A stretch of DNA of 64,000 bases. Origin: Alphaproteobacteria bacterium. Its GTDB lineage: Bacteria; Pseudomonadota; Alphaproteobacteria; SMXQ01. Numbering within the stretch: position 1 is the stretch's first letter; the number at the start of each line of letters is the position of its first letter. Under the pieces are notes generated by a model. The model did not search any database. It was not told the origin of the DNA and worked only from the letters and a program-made list of their open reading frames with translations. The stretch spans positions 112,229 through 176,228 of the forward strand of contig JBKBHI010000006.1 in the NCBI GenBank assembly GCA_046297835.1, written 5' to 3'. Shown piece after piece: positions 29,083 to 40,581 of this stretch. Both the position numbers and the translations under genes were made by a program.

Positions 29083-29883
29083 ATGCCAGAAAAATCATCC
29101 GTCGAGAATCCCGCCGCCGATGATGCCGCCGACGGCAGCTATCAGCCGCGCGTGCGCCTGTTCGTCGCGGCGTCGCTCGCCGCCGGCGAAGCGGTCGCGC
29201 TGGAGGCGGGGCAGGCGCATTATCTCGTCAATGTCATGCGCCTGAAAGACGGCGACGAGGTTTGCCTGTTCAACGGCCGCGACGGCGAATGGCGCGCGCG
29301 TCTGCAAGACGCCAAGCGCAAGAGCTGCGCCGCCGTTCCGGCGGCGCTCTTGCGCGCGCAAAGATCCGAGGCCGACGTCTGGCTGCTGTTCGCGCCCTTG
29401 AAGAAGGCGCGCACCGATTATCTCGCCGAAAAAGCGACCGAGCTCGGCGCGTCGCTGCTTTGGCCGGTCTATACGCGTCGCACGGTGGCCGAGCGCGTCA
29501 ATCTCGACCGGTTGCGCGCCAACGCGATCGAAGCGGCCGAGCAGAGCGAGCGCCTGACCGTTCCCGAGCTGCGCGCGCCAGCCAAATTGACAGACGCGTT
29601 GCAGGATTGGCCGGCCGGCCGCCGGCTGATTTTGTGCGACGAAAGCGGCGCGGCGAAACCGATGGCGGACGCGCTTACCGATGTGAAACCTGGCGAGCCG
29701 CTGGCGCTCTTGATCGGCCCCGAGGGCGGTTTCTCGGCGGTGGAGCTTGACGCCTTGCGCAAACTTCCGTTTGTTAAGCCCGTGGGATTGGGGCCGCGCG
29801 TCTTGCGCGCCGACACCGCCGCGCTCGCCGCCCTCGCTTGCCTGCAAGCGCTCGTCGGCGACTGGCGACAATCCCGCGCTTGA
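29083..29883 (+). CDS. rsmE: 16S rRNA m3U1498 methyltransferase RsmE
   Basis: [43 protein letters not shown]. Confidence 0.95.
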   Translation: MPEKSSVENPAADDAADGSYQPRVRLFVAASLAAGEAVALEAGQAHYLVNVMRLKDGDEVCLFNGRDGEWRARLQDAKRKSCAAVPAALLRAQRSEADVWLLFAPLKKARTDYLAEKATELGASLLWPVYTRRTVAERVNLDRLRANAIEAAEQSERLTVPELRAPAKLTDALQDWPAGRRLILCDESGAAKPMADALTDVKPGEPLALLIGPEGGFSAVELDALRKLPFVKPVGLGPRVLRADTAALAALACLQALVGDWRQSRA

Positions 29884-29932
29884 GTCTTTCTTCTCCCAAG
29901 TTTTTCTTCCCCCAAGCATCGAGCACCGCGCC

Positions 29933-31297
29933 ATGTCCGGACCGTCGCAACCCTCGGCCGAGCCGATCACCGACAAGCGTCAGCTCGTCGATTACGTCGC
30001 CTCCGGCAACAAGCCGCGCGAGCAATGGCGCGTCGGCACCGAGCACGAGAAGTTCGCCTACGATCTCGACACGCACCGGCCGCTGCCCTACGAGGGGCCG
30101 AACGGCATCGGCGAGATTCTCCAGCGCCTGACCCGCTTCGGCTGGCAGCCGGTGAAAGAGGCCGGCAAGGTCATCGCCCTGACGCAGAACGGCGCGTCGA
30201 TCACGCTCGAGCCGGGCGGCCAGTTCGAACTGTCCGGCGCGCCCTTGGAAAACGTGCATCAGACCTGCGAGGAGGTGCACGAGCATCTCGACCAGGTGAA
30301 GGGCATCGGCGCCGAGCTCGGCACCGGCATGCTCGGCCTCGGCTTCAATCCGCTGTGGCGGCGCGAGGATATCCCGTGGATGCCCAAGGGCCGCTACAAG
30401 ATCATGCGCGCCTATATGCCCAAGCGCGGCCAGCTCGGTCTCGACATGATGCTGCGCACCTGCACCATCCAGGCGAATCTCGATTACGAATCCGAAGCCG
30501 ACATGGCGAAGAAGTTTCGCGTCGGCTTGGCGCTGCAGCCGATCGCCACGGCTTTGTTCGCCAATTCGCCGTTCGTCGAGGGCAAGCCGAGCGGCTATTT
30601 GAGCTATCGCAGCCACGTCTGGACCGACACCGATCCCGACCGCACCGGCGATCTGCCCTTCGTGTTCGAGCAGGGCTTCGGCTTCGAGCGCTACGTCGAT
30701 TATCTGCTCGATGTGCCGATGTATTTCGTCTATCGCGACGGCCAATATATCGACGCCGCCGGCCAGTCGTTCCGCGATTTCATGGCTGGCCGCTTGCCCG
30801 CCATGCCGGGCCAGGTCCCGACCATGGGCGATTGGGTCGATCACATGACGACCGCTTTCCCCGAAGTGCGCCTGAAAAAATATCTCGAAATGCGCGGCGC
30901 CGACGGCGGCCCGTGGCGGCGCATCTGCGCCGTGCCGGCGCTCTGGGTCGGCCTGCTCTACGACACGGCGGCGCTCGACGCCGCCTGGGACTTGGCGAAG
31001 GACTGGACCGACGCGGAGCGCGCCTACTTGCGCCGCGAAGTGCCCAAGACCGGCCTCGCGACGATCTTCCGCGGCAAGCCGTTGAAGATTCTGGCGCGCC
31101 AGACCGTCGCCATCGCCCGCCAGGGGCTTGCCGCGCGCAAGCGTTACGACTATCTCGGGCGCGACGAAGGCCGCTTCCTGGAGGAGCTGACCGATATCGC
31201 CGAGCGCGGCCGCACCCCGGCCGACGACCTGCTCGCCAAATACCACGGCGATTGGCACGGCGAGGCCGATCCGGTGTTCAAGGACTACGCCTATTGA
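29933..31297 (+). CDS. gshA: Glutamate--cysteine ligase (alphaproteobacterial/plant type)
   Basis: [57 protein letters not shown]. Confidence 0.95.
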   Translation: MSGPSQPSAEPITDKRQLVDYVASGNKPREQWRVGTEHEKFAYDLDTHRPLPYEGPNGIGEILQRLTRFGWQPVKEAGKVIALTQNGASITLEPGGQFELSGAPLENVHQTCEEVHEHLDQVKGIGAELGTGMLGLGFNPLWRREDIPWMPKGRYKIMRAYMPKRGQLGLDMMLRTCTIQANLDYESEADMAKKFRVGLALQPIATALFANSPFVEGKPSGYLSYRSHVWTDTDPDRTGDLPFVFEQGFGFERYVDYLLDVPMYFVYRDGQYIDAAGQSFRDFMAGRLPAMPGQVPTMGDWVDHMTTAFPEVRLKKYLEMRGADGGPWRRICAVPALWVGLLYDTAALDAAWDLAKDWTDAERAYLRREVPKTGLATIFRGKPLKILARQTVAIARQGLAARKRYDYLGRDEGRFLEELTDIAERGRTPADDLLAKYHGDWHGEADPVFKDYAY

Positions 31298-31358
31298 GTT
31301 GGGAACTCGAGCGCCGCGCGACCGTTCCCTTCCGAACGCATAACAGGGATGCCCTGAC

Positions 31359-31673
31359 ATGAGCGACATCCGCAAAGCCCCCGATGCTTGCGCCACCATG
31401 GCCGACCTGCGCGCCGAGATCGACCGGCTCGACCGCCAGATCGTCGCCCGCCTCGCCGAACGTTCGGGCTACGTGGCGCGCGCGGCCGAGATCAAGCGCA
31501 GCAAATCCGAAGTGGTGGACAAGCCGCGCATCGAGGACGTCATCGCCAAGGTGCGCGAGCAGGCGGTGAGCTTCAACGCCGACCCCGAGCTGATCGAGGC
31601 GATCTACCGCTCGATGATCGCCGCCTTCATCGCCTACGAAGAACGCGCCTTCGAGGCCAAAGGCCGGAATTAG
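31359..31673 (+). CDS. AroQ-class chorismate mutase / isochorismate-pyruvate lyase (PchB-like)
   Basis: MADLRAEIDRLDRQIV..LAER..YV..AA.IK, R...VI.KVR. Confidence 0.82.
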   Translation: MSDIRKAPDACATMADLRAEIDRLDRQIVARLAERSGYVARAAEIKRSKSEVVDKPRIEDVIAKVREQAVSFNADPELIEAIYRSMIAAFIAYEERAFEAKGRN

Positions 31674-31714
31674 GCGGCTTAGAAAAGTCTCGCCGCATAA
31701 TCCGCATAAAATGC

Positions 31715-31915
31715 CGTCATGGCCGGACTTGTTCCGGCCATCCACGCCTTTCTTTTATCGAGACCGCAAGTCGTGGATGCCCGGAATAAATCCGGGCATG
31801 ACGATGGGGAAAAATTTCCCCCGCGCTCAGGCCATTGAAACATGGATGCTCGGGTCAAGCCCGAGCATGACGGTTCGTTATGCGGCAACAGCTCGGATCA
31901 AGTCCGAAGGCGACG
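31715..31915. repeat. CGTC-REP cluster: dimer (31715-31803), solo unit (31842-31872) and truncated unit (31892-31915)
   Basis: Stems ATGGCCGGA, ATGCCCGGA and ATGCTCGGG, plus partial CGTCGCCTTCGGACTTGATCCGAG on -; between convergent genes. Confidence 0.88.
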
Positions 31916-31938
31916 ATTGGTTTTCGCCGCTTGCATCG

Positions 31939-32313
31939 TTAGCCCCACAGCCACCAGGCGAGCGCGGCGAGGGCCGCGATCCAGATGGCGATCACGGCGA
32001 TCGATCCCGCGCGCTTGAGCGCTTGCGGCGCGGCCATTTTCGCGTTGACGCGCGCGCGGCACTCCGCCATCACCTCCGCCGGCACCAGCTTGATCGCCAG
32101 CCAGATCATCGCCGGCAGCAGGATGGCGTCGTCGACGAAGCCCAGCACCGGGATGAAATCGGGGATTAGGTCGATGGGGCTGACGGCATAGGCCACCGTC
32201 GCGACGGCGAGCGCCTTGGCGAGCCAGGGCGTGCGCGGGTCGCGGATAGCGAGCGTCAGCGCGAAGCCGTCGCGCTTGAGCCGCTTGGCCCAACCGACAA
32301 TGGCAGCGATCAT
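31939..32313 (-). CDS. DUF1232 (YkvA) membrane protein
   Basis: DPRTPWLAK, YAVSPIDLIPDFIPVLG.VDD; ATG at 32313 coupled to the upstream gene. Confidence 0.88.
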   Translation of the reverse strand: MIAAIVGWAKRLKRDGFALTLAIRDPRTPWLAKALAVATVAYAVSPIDLIPDFIPVLGFVDDAILLPAMIWLAIKLVPAEVMAECRARVNAKMAAPQALKRAGSIAVIAIWIAALAALAWWLWG

Positions 32314-32741
32314 TCTTTGTCCGGAAGCCGGACGCGACCGTCGGCGTCGATGGTCCAGAAGGGATTGTGCGCCACTTCCCACAGATGCCCATCGGGATCG
32401 GCGAAATAGCCGGCGTAGCCGCCCCACGGCGTTTGCGCGGCCGGCTTGGTCACGGCCGCGCCGGCGGCTTTGGCTTCGGCCATCACCGCGTCCACTTCGG
32501 CGCGCGAGCGCGCGTTGTAGGCGAGGCTGAGCGCGCGAAAGCCCGCACCTTCGGCGGCGAGGTTCGCGTCCTTCGCCAGGTCGTCGCGGGCCCACAGCGC
32601 CACTACCATGCCGCCGGCCTGATAGAAGGCGACCTCGGCTTGCGGATTGTTCTTCCGCCAGCCGAGGCCGTCCTCATAGAAGCGTCGCGCGCGCTCAAGA
32701 TCGGCGACGCCGAGCGTGACGAGGCTGAGGCGCTGCTCCAC
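32310..32741 (-). CDS. VOC (glyoxalase/bleomycin resistance) family protein
   Basis: LSLVTLGVADLERARRFYE.GLGW, WGGYAGYFADPDGHLWEVA.NP. Confidence 0.9.
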   Translation of the reverse strand: MEQRLSLVTLGVADLERARRFYEDGLGWRKNNPQAEVAFYQAGGMVVALWARDDLAKDANLAAEGAGFRALSLAYNARSRAEVDAVMAEAKAAGAAVTKPAAQTPWGGYAGYFADPDGHLWEVAHNPFWTIDADGRVRLPDKE

Positions 32742-32758
32742 CCGTGCGGCCGTGCGCT

Positions 32759-34219
32759 TTACGCGGCGGTGCCGCCGACCGTGAGGCCGGCGATCTTCAG
32801 GGTCGGCTGGCCGACGCCGACCGGCACGCCCTGGCCGTCCTTGCCGCAGGTGCCGATGCCGTCGTCGAGCTTCATGTCGTTGCCGATCATGCTCACCTTG
32901 GTCAGCACGTCCGGCCCGTTGCCGATCAGCGTCGCGCCCTTCACGGCGGGGCCGATCTTGCCGTCCTCGATCAGATAGGCTTCGGTGGCGGAGAACACGA
33001 ACTTGCCCGAGGTGATGTCGACCTGGCCGCCGCCGAACTGCACGGCATAGAGGCCCTTCTTCACCGATTTGACGATCTCCTGCGGATCGTGCGCCCCGGC
33101 AAGCATCACCGTGTTGGTCATGCGCGGCATCGGCCGGTGGCCGTAGCTCTCGCGCCGGCCGTTGCCGGTGGCGGCCACGCCCATCAGGCGGGCATTGAGC
33201 CGGTCCTGCATATAGCCTTTGAGGATGCCGTCCTCGATCAGCACGGTGCGGTGACCCGGCGTGCCCTCGTCGTCGATGGTGATCGAGCCGCGCCGGTCGG
33301 GCAGGGTGCCGTCGTCCACCACGGTGACGCCGGGCGCGGCGACGCGCTGGCCGATCAGGCCTGAGAAGGCCGAGGTCTTCTTGCGGTTGAAATCGCCTTC
33401 GAGCCCGTGGCCGATGGCTTCGTGCAGCAGGATGCCGGGCCAGCCGTTGCCGAGCACGACATCCATCTCGCCGGCCGGGGCCGGGCGCGAGCCGAGATTG
33501 ACCAGAGCCTGACGCAGCGCCTCATCCACTTGCGCCTGCCAGCGTTCGGGCGCGACCCAGGCCTCGTACAGGGCGCGGCCGCCGACCCCGGCGCTGCCCG
33601 ATTCCTGGCGGTCGCCCTCGCCGACGACGACATTGACGTTGAGCCGCACCAGGGGGCGCACGTCGGCGGCGCGCTCGCCGCCGGCGCGGACGATCTCGAT
33701 CACGCGCCATTCGCCGGTCAGCGAGGCCGAGACCTGGCGCACGCGCGGGTCCTTGGCGCGGGCATAGGCGTCGATGTCGGCGAGCAGCTTCACCTTGGCC
33801 GCGAATTCCATGGCGTTGAGCGGATTGGCGTCGGTGTAGAGCAGGCGGTTGGTGCCCTGGGGCGGAGCGGCGAGGGTGCCGCCATGGCCGCGCGCCACGG
33901 TTTTCACCGTCTCGCCGGCCCGGGCGATGGCGGCCTCCGACAATTCGCTGGCATGGGCGTAGCCGGTCGCCTCGCCGGCGATGGCGCGCAGGCCGAAGCC
34001 CTGGGAACTGTCGAAATTGGCGGTTTTGAGCCGCCCGTCGTCGAAGCCGAAGGCTTCCGAGACGCGATATTCCAGATACAGCTCGCCGTCGTCGGCGCCC
34101 TTCAGGGCCTCGTCGGTCAGGGCCTGGACCTTGGGGCGCGACAGGCCGGCCTTGTCGAAAAACAGGCTGTCGGCGGTGGCCAAGGCATTGAGAGAGGCGG
34201 CGGAAACGGGCGAGGACAT
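32759..34219 (-). CDS. tldD: Metalloprotease TldD
   Basis: GWPGILLHEAIGHGLEGDFNRK, DDEGTP, GNGRRESY...PMPRMTNT, CGKDGQGVPVGVGQPT. Confidence 0.96.
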   Translation of the reverse strand: MSSPVSAASLNALATADSLFFDKAGLSRPKVQALTDEALKGADDGELYLEYRVSEAFGFDDGRLKTANFDSSQGFGLRAIAGEATGYAHASELSEAAIARAGETVKTVARGHGGTLAAPPQGTNRLLYTDANPLNAMEFAAKVKLLADIDAYARAKDPRVRQVSASLTGEWRVIEIVRAGGERAADVRPLVRLNVNVVVGEGDRQESGSAGVGGRALYEAWVAPERWQAQVDEALRQALVNLGSRPAPAGEMDVVLGNGWPGILLHEAIGHGLEGDFNRKKTSAFSGLIGQRVAAPGVTVVDDGTLPDRRGSITIDDEGTPGHRTVLIEDGILKGYMQDRLNARLMGVAATGNGRRESYGHRPMPRMTNTVMLAGAHDPQEIVKSVKKGLYAVQFGGGQVDITSGKFVFSATEAYLIEDGKIGPAVKGATLIGNGPDVLTKVSMIGNDMKLDDGIGTCGKDGQGVPVGVGQPTLKIAGLTVGGTAA

Positions 34220-34283
34220 GGGCGGCTCCTGAACTGTGCCCTTTGAAGATAGGCATTCGCCCGGGCGGTATCCAGCGATCCGG

Positions 34284-34742
34284 CTATTTCGCCAAAGCGG
34301 CGTCCAAATCGGCCAGTTCCTCGCAGCCGGCCGGACAGAGCGCCGCCAAGCGGGCGCGCAGCCGCTCGGCGCCCGGCCGGTCGCCGGCCTGGAGATGCCA
34401 TTCGCCGTAATATTCCAGGGCACCCTTATGGTCCGGCTCCAGGGTCAGAGCCTGCTGGTAATGGTAGCGCGCGACGGACAGATCGCCGCCCTTGCGGTGG
34501 GCGAATCCCAGCATGTTGTGGGCGTCGGCGTTGTTGGCGTCGGACGCCAGAACGCGCTGCAAAAGCCCGATGGCGACGTCATATCGCCCGGCTTTGGCCG
34601 CTTGCGTGCCGGCGGCGAGGTCGGCGTCGCGCATGGCGCGCTCGGCCGAATCGTCCATCGGCGCGGCGATGGCCAGGCTCGGCGGTTGGGCCGCGAGCCC
34701 GATCGCGAGCGCGAATGCGAGGCGGAAGCCTCTGATCGGCAT
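34284..34742 (-). CDS. Secreted TPR-repeat protein
   Basis: Signal peptide; NADAHNMLGF..RK, YQQAL.LEPDHKGALEYYGE; C-terminal CPAGC. Confidence 0.82.
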   Translation of the reverse strand: MPIRGFRLAFALAIGLAAQPPSLAIAAPMDDSAERAMRDADLAAGTQAAKAGRYDVAIGLLQRVLASDANNADAHNMLGFAHRKGGDLSVARYHYQQALTLEPDHKGALEYYGEWHLQAGDRPGAERLRARLAALCPAGCEELADLDAALAK

Positions 34743-35001
34743 GTAAAATTCCTTCCCAACCGGGCGCGGCCCGATTACACATGGTCGGCGCTTTTCGCGT
34801 CATTCGCGTGACGCGGACGGCCGGCTTGCCGGCGCGCGGCACGACGCATCGGACAGCCCCTCCGCCGGCTTCGATTTCTCGCTAAAAACCCTTTGGTTTC
34901 ACGAGGATAGCGGATGGGCCCTTAGTTCTGGCGCGGCGGCGCGCCGTGGTCTATAAGGCCGCGCGAATGTTCCTTCGGTCACCCGCGACAGGATCTCGAG
35001 G

Positions 35002-35859
35002 ATGAAGTTGAGTCAGGTTATCGCCAAAATCGCCCCCAAGGCTTTCGGCGCCATCGCCGCCGCCGCCGCTCTCCTCCTGCCGGGCCTCGCCGCTGCCGCC
35101 GTGCCGCAGCCCTGGACCTTCGGTTTCCAGGAGGCCGCCACCCCGGTCGCCCGGGACATCCACGATCTGCACCATCTGCTGCTGGTCATCATCACGGCGA
35201 TCACGCTGTTCGTGCTGGCGCTGCTGATCTACGTGATCGTGCGCTTCAACGCTAAGCGCAACCCGACGCCGTCGCGCACCTCGCACAACACGCTGATCGA
35301 GGTGCTGTGGACCGTCCTGCCGGTGCTCATCCTCGTCGTCATCGCCGTGCCGTCGTTCAAGCTGCTCTACTTCATGGACCGCACCGACAAGCCCGAGATG
35401 ACCCTCAAGGTCACCGGCCATCAATGGTACTGGTCCTATCAATACCAGGACCACGGCGATTTCCAGTTCGACAGCCTGATGATCCCGACCGACCAGCTCA
35501 AGCCGGGCCAGCACCGCCTGCTCGAAGTCGACAACCAGGTCGTCGTGCCGATCAACACCAACATCCGCTTGCTCGTCACGTCGCAAGACGTGTTGCACGC
35601 CTGGGCCGTGCCGGCCTTCGGCGTGAAGATGGACACCGTGCCCGGCCGCCTCAACGAGACCTGGATGCGCATCGAGCGCCCCGGCACCTATTACGGCCAG
35701 TGCTCGGAACTGTGCGGCGTCAACCACGGCTTCATGCCGATCGCCGTGCGCGCCGTCTCCAAGGAAGAATTCCAGGTCTGGGTCGAGGAGGCGCGCAAGA
35801 AGTTCGCTTCCGCTGAACCCGTCGCCAAAGACACGCAGCTCGCCGCCGTCGCCCAATAA
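35002..35859 (+). CDS. coxB: Cytochrome c oxidase subunit II
   Basis: GHQWYWSY, DVLHAW, CuA motif CSELCGVNHGFM. Confidence 0.97.
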   Translation: MKLSQVIAKIAPKAFGAIAAAAALLLPGLAAAAVPQPWTFGFQEAATPVARDIHDLHHLLLVIITAITLFVLALLIYVIVRFNAKRNPTPSRTSHNTLIEVLWTVLPVLILVVIAVPSFKLLYFMDRTDKPEMTLKVTGHQWYWSYQYQDHGDFQFDSLMIPTDQLKPGQHRLLEVDNQVVVPINTNIRLLVTSQDVLHAWAVPAFGVKMDTVPGRLNETWMRIERPGTYYGQCSELCGVNHGFMPIAVRAVSKEEFQVWVEEARKKFASAEPVAKDTQLAAVAQ

Positions 35860-35877
35860 ACGCCGAGCCGCAGATAG

Positions 35878-37551
<1,674 letters not shown>

Positions 37552-37624
37552 CGGCTCGCACGACCCAGGCGGCTCCTCCTTCCGGGCGGAGCCGCCGACC
37601 GCTTGAGAGAGTGAGGACCGCCCC

Positions 37625-38584
37625 GTGAGCGACGCCGCCCTGCAGATGCGCAACGCGTCTCCGGCCTATTCGGCCGAGAGCGAAGCCGCGTCGCCGCGCG
37701 TCTCCGATTTCGTCGCGCTGCTGAAGCCGCGGGTGATGTCGCTCGTGGTGTTCAGCGGGCTCGCCGGCCTGCTGATCGCGCCGGGCGAGATCCATCCGCT
37801 GATCGCCGCCGTCGCCATCTTCTGCATCGCCATCGGCTCGGGCGCGTCGGGCGCGATCAACATGTGGTACGAGCGCGACATCGACGCGCTGATGGGCCGC
37901 ACCAAGAACCGCCCGCTGCCCGCCGGCCGCATGGAGCCGGGCGCCGCCATCGCCTTCGGCGTCACTCTCGCCATCGCCGCCGTCGTGCTGATGGGCCTGA
38001 TCGTCAACTGGACCGCCGCGATCCTGCTGGCCATGGCCGAGGCGTTCTACGTCTTCGTCTACACCGTCTGGCTCAAGCGCCGCACGCCGCAGAACATCGT
38101 CATCGGCGGCGCGGCCGGGGCGTTCCCGCCGATGATCGGCTGGGCCGCGGTCGGCGGCGACATCGCGCTGCTGCCGGTCCTGCTGTTCGCCATCATCTTC
38201 ATGTGGACGCCGCCGCACTTCTGGGCGCTGGCGCTCTACCGCTCGGGCGATTACGCCCGCGCCGGCGTGCCGATGCTGCCCGTGGTCGCCGGCGCGAAGG
38301 CGACCAAGCGCCAGATCCTGCTCTATTCGCTGCTGCTCGCGCCGCTCACGCTCGCGCCGTGGGCGCTCGATCTCGCCGGCGCGCTCTACGGCGCGTGCGC
38401 CGCCGCGCTCGGCGCGATCTTCCTCGCCTTGGCCGTCGCCGTGCAGTTCGACGAAACCGAGCGCGCGCCGCGCCGCCTGTTCGCCTATTCGATCCTCTAC
38501 CTGTTCCTGCTGCTGAGCGCCGTGGTCGCCGATTCGCTGCTCGGCCTCGCGCCCGCCGCCGCCGCCTGGAGCTTGCAACTGTGA
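37625..38584 (+). CDS. ctaB: Heme o synthase (protoheme IX farnesyltransferase)
   Basis: [48 protein letters not shown]. Confidence 0.95.
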   Translation: MSDAALQMRNASPAYSAESEAASPRVSDFVALLKPRVMSLVVFSGLAGLLIAPGEIHPLIAAVAIFCIAIGSGASGAINMWYERDIDALMGRTKNRPLPAGRMEPGAAIAFGVTLAIAAVVLMGLIVNWTAAILLAMAEAFYVFVYTVWLKRRTPQNIVIGGAAGAFPPMIGWAAVGGDIALLPVLLFAIIFMWTPPHFWALALYRSGDYARAGVPMLPVVAGAKATKRQILLYSLLLAPLTLAPWALDLAGALYGACAAALGAIFLALAVAVQFDETERAPRRLFAYSILYLFLLLSAVVADSLLGLAPAAAAWSLQL

Positions 38585-38703
38585 TGGCCCGGCACGACAA
38601 GAACCTCCGCAAGCGCAATCTGGCGCTGCTCGCCGTCCTCGCCGGGCTGGTCGCGCTGTTCTACGCCGTGACCATCGTCAAGATCGCGGGGAACATCGGA
38701 TGA
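38584..38703 (+). CDS. Small single-TM CoxF-like protein (39 aa)
   Basis: [34 protein letters not shown]; translationally coupled to ctaB and ctaG, the usual position of this microprotein. Confidence 0.8.
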   Translation: MARHDKNLRKRNLALLAVLAGLVALFYAVTIVKIAGNIG

Positions 38704-39287
38704 TGGACCTGAAGCGCCGCAACCGGTTCACCGCCTTCGCCGCCGCCAGCGTCGTCGCCGGCATGGTCGGCATGAGCTACGCCGCCGTGCCGCTGTACGA
38801 GCTGTTCTGCCAAGTCACGGGCTTCGGCGGCACGCCGATGCGCGCCGACGCCGCGCCGCACGAGATTCTCGACCGCGACGTGACCGTGCGCCTCAACGCC
38901 GACGTCGGCCAGGGCTTGGCGTGGAAATTCCAGCCGCTCAAGCGCGACGTCACGCTGAAGGTCGGCGAGGAGACGCTGGCCTTCTACCGGGCGACCAACG
39001 TTTCGGACAAGCCGATCGTCGGCATGGCGACGTTCAACGTCACGCCCGACAAGGCCGGCCAGTATTTCAACAAGATCGCCTGCTTCTGCTTCACCGAGCA
39101 GCGGCTCGAGCCGGGCCAGTCGATCGACATGCCGGTGACGTTCTTCGTCGATCCGCGCATCGCGCAGGACCGCAACCTCGACGACGTCCACGACATCACG
39201 CTTTCCTACACCTTCTTCCCCGTCGACAAGCCGACGAGCCGCGAGACCGCGGCCGCGCCGAGCGCGTCCGAACGGACCGTCAACTGA
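38700..39287 (+). CDS. ctaG: Cytochrome c oxidase assembly protein CtaG/Cox11
   Basis: YAAVPLY.LFCQVTGFGG, YFNKIACFCFTEQ, TLSYTFF. Confidence 0.96.
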   Translation: MMDLKRRNRFTAFAAASVVAGMVGMSYAAVPLYELFCQVTGFGGTPMRADAAPHEILDRDVTVRLNADVGQGLAWKFQPLKRDVTLKVGEETLAFYRATNVSDKPIVGMATFNVTPDKAGQYFNKIACFCFTEQRLEPGQSIDMPVTFFVDPRIAQDRNLDDVHDITLSYTFFPVDKPTSRETAAAPSASERTVN

Positions 39288-39336
39288 GTTCAAGCGCTTC
39301 AGCGAGCGCACCTAAGCGAGCACAAGGGACCGCGAC

Positions 39337-40155
39337 ATGAGCACGACCCACGACGCACCGAAACATCCGTACCATCTGGTCGATCCGAGCCCGTGGCCCT
39401 TGCTCGGCTCGATCGCGGCCGGCGCGCTCGCGGTCGGCGCGGTGCTGTTCATGCACAACGAGGGTCCGTGGCTGATGATCGTCGGCTTCGCCTCGGTGAT
39501 CTTCGTCATGGCGATGTGGTGGCGCGACGTCATCCGCGAGGGCGAATACGGCGGCTTCCACACCCAGGTCGTGCAGATCGGCCTGCGCTACGGCATGGCG
39601 CTGTTCATCGCCTCGGAAGTGATGTTCTTCGTCGCCTTCTTCTGGGCCTATTTCAACGCCGCCCTGTTCCCGACCGAAGCCATCGGCCACGTCTGGCCGC
39701 CGGCCGAGATCGCCACCTTCAATCCGTGGGATCTGCCGTTCCTCAACACGCTGATCCTGCTGACCTCGGGCGCGTCGCTGACCTGGGCGCACCACGCGCT
39801 GATCGAAGGCAACCGCAAGGACGCGATCCGCGGCCTCGCCATCACCGTCGCGCTCGGCCTGATCTTCACCTGCGTGCAGGCCTACGAATACGCCCACGCC
39901 GCCTTCGGCTTCTCGGAAGGCATCTACCCCTCGACCTTCTACATGGCGACCGGCTTCCACGGCTTCCATGTCATCGTCGGCACGACCTTCCTGATCGTCT
40001 GCCTCGTCCGGCTGATGAAGGGCCATTTCAAGCCCGACCATCACGTCGGCCTCGAAGCCGCCGCCTGGTATTGGCACTTCGTCGACGTGGTCTGGCTGTT
40101 CCTGTTCGCCGCCATCTACTGGTGGGGCGCGGGCTCGAACATCGCCGTGCACTAA
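39337..40155 (+). CDS. coxC: Cytochrome c oxidase subunit III
   Basis: HPYHLVDPSPWP, WWRDVIRE, SEVMFF, ATGFHGFHV, WYWHFVDVVWLFLF. Confidence 0.97.
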   Translation: MSTTHDAPKHPYHLVDPSPWPLLGSIAAGALAVGAVLFMHNEGPWLMIVGFASVIFVMAMWWRDVIREGEYGGFHTQVVQIGLRYGMALFIASEVMFFVAFFWAYFNAALFPTEAIGHVWPPAEIATFNPWDLPFLNTLILLTSGASLTWAHHALIEGNRKDAIRGLAITVALGLIFTCVQAYEYAHAAFGFSEGIYPSTFYMATGFHGFHVIVGTTFLIVCLVRLMKGHFKPDHHVGLEAAAWYWHFVDVVWLFLFAAIYWWGAGSNIAVH

Positions 40156-40160
40156 CGGGC

Positions 40161-40191
40161 AAATGGCCGCCGGATCGCCCGGCGGCCATTT
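40161..40191 (+). terminator. Stem-loop after coxC (terminator or processing hairpin)
   Basis: AAATGGCCGCCGG-ATCGC-CCGGCGGCCATTT. Confidence 0.6.
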
Positions 40192-40209
40192 CCCTTTCCG
40201 GAGACCGCT

Positions 40210-40581
40210 TTGCCCGATCGGCTGCCTGATCCGGCGGCCTCGCCCTGGCGGGCGGGCCTGCTGTGCCGCTGCCCGCGCTGCGGCCGCGGCGCGCTGTTCG
40301 CCGGCCTGCTGACCGTCGCGCCGGCCTGCGCCGTCTGTGGCCTCGATCTCGCGGCGCAGGATTCCGGCGACGGCCCGGCGGTTTTCGTCATCCTCGTCCT
40401 TGGCGCGATCGTCGTCGGCCTGGCCCTGGCGGTCGAGCTGACCTTCGCGCCGCCCTTGTGGCTGCACATGGTCCTATGGCCGCCGCTCGTGCTCGGCGGC
40501 GCGATCGCGCTGCTGCGTCCCTTCAAGGCGACGCTGATCGCGTTCCAGTATCGCCACCGCGTCGCGGGGTTAGGTTCGTGA
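40210..40581 (+). CDS. DUF983 membrane protein
   Basis: RCPRCG.G.LF, CAVCGLD, DSGDGPAVF, KATLIAFQY. Confidence 0.88.
   Translation: MPDRLPDPAASPWRAGLLCRCPRCGRGALFAGLLTVAPACAVCGLDLAAQDSGDGPAVFVILVLGAIVVGLALAVELTFAPPLWLHMVLWPPLVLGGAIALLRPFKATLIAFQYRHRVAGLGS

Noticed and set aside
31715-31915. Repeat-spacer-repeat pattern resembling a mini CRISPR array
   Set aside because: Units are inverted relative to one another, differ in stem sequence, recur at dispersed intergenic sites, and no cas genes are present. This is REP architecture.
34741-34815. TGTAA/TTACA and CGCGTCA-N6-TGACGCG inverted motifs upstream of the TPR gene
   Set aside because: Short motifs with no second instance in the window; I cannot assign them to a regulator from sequence alone.
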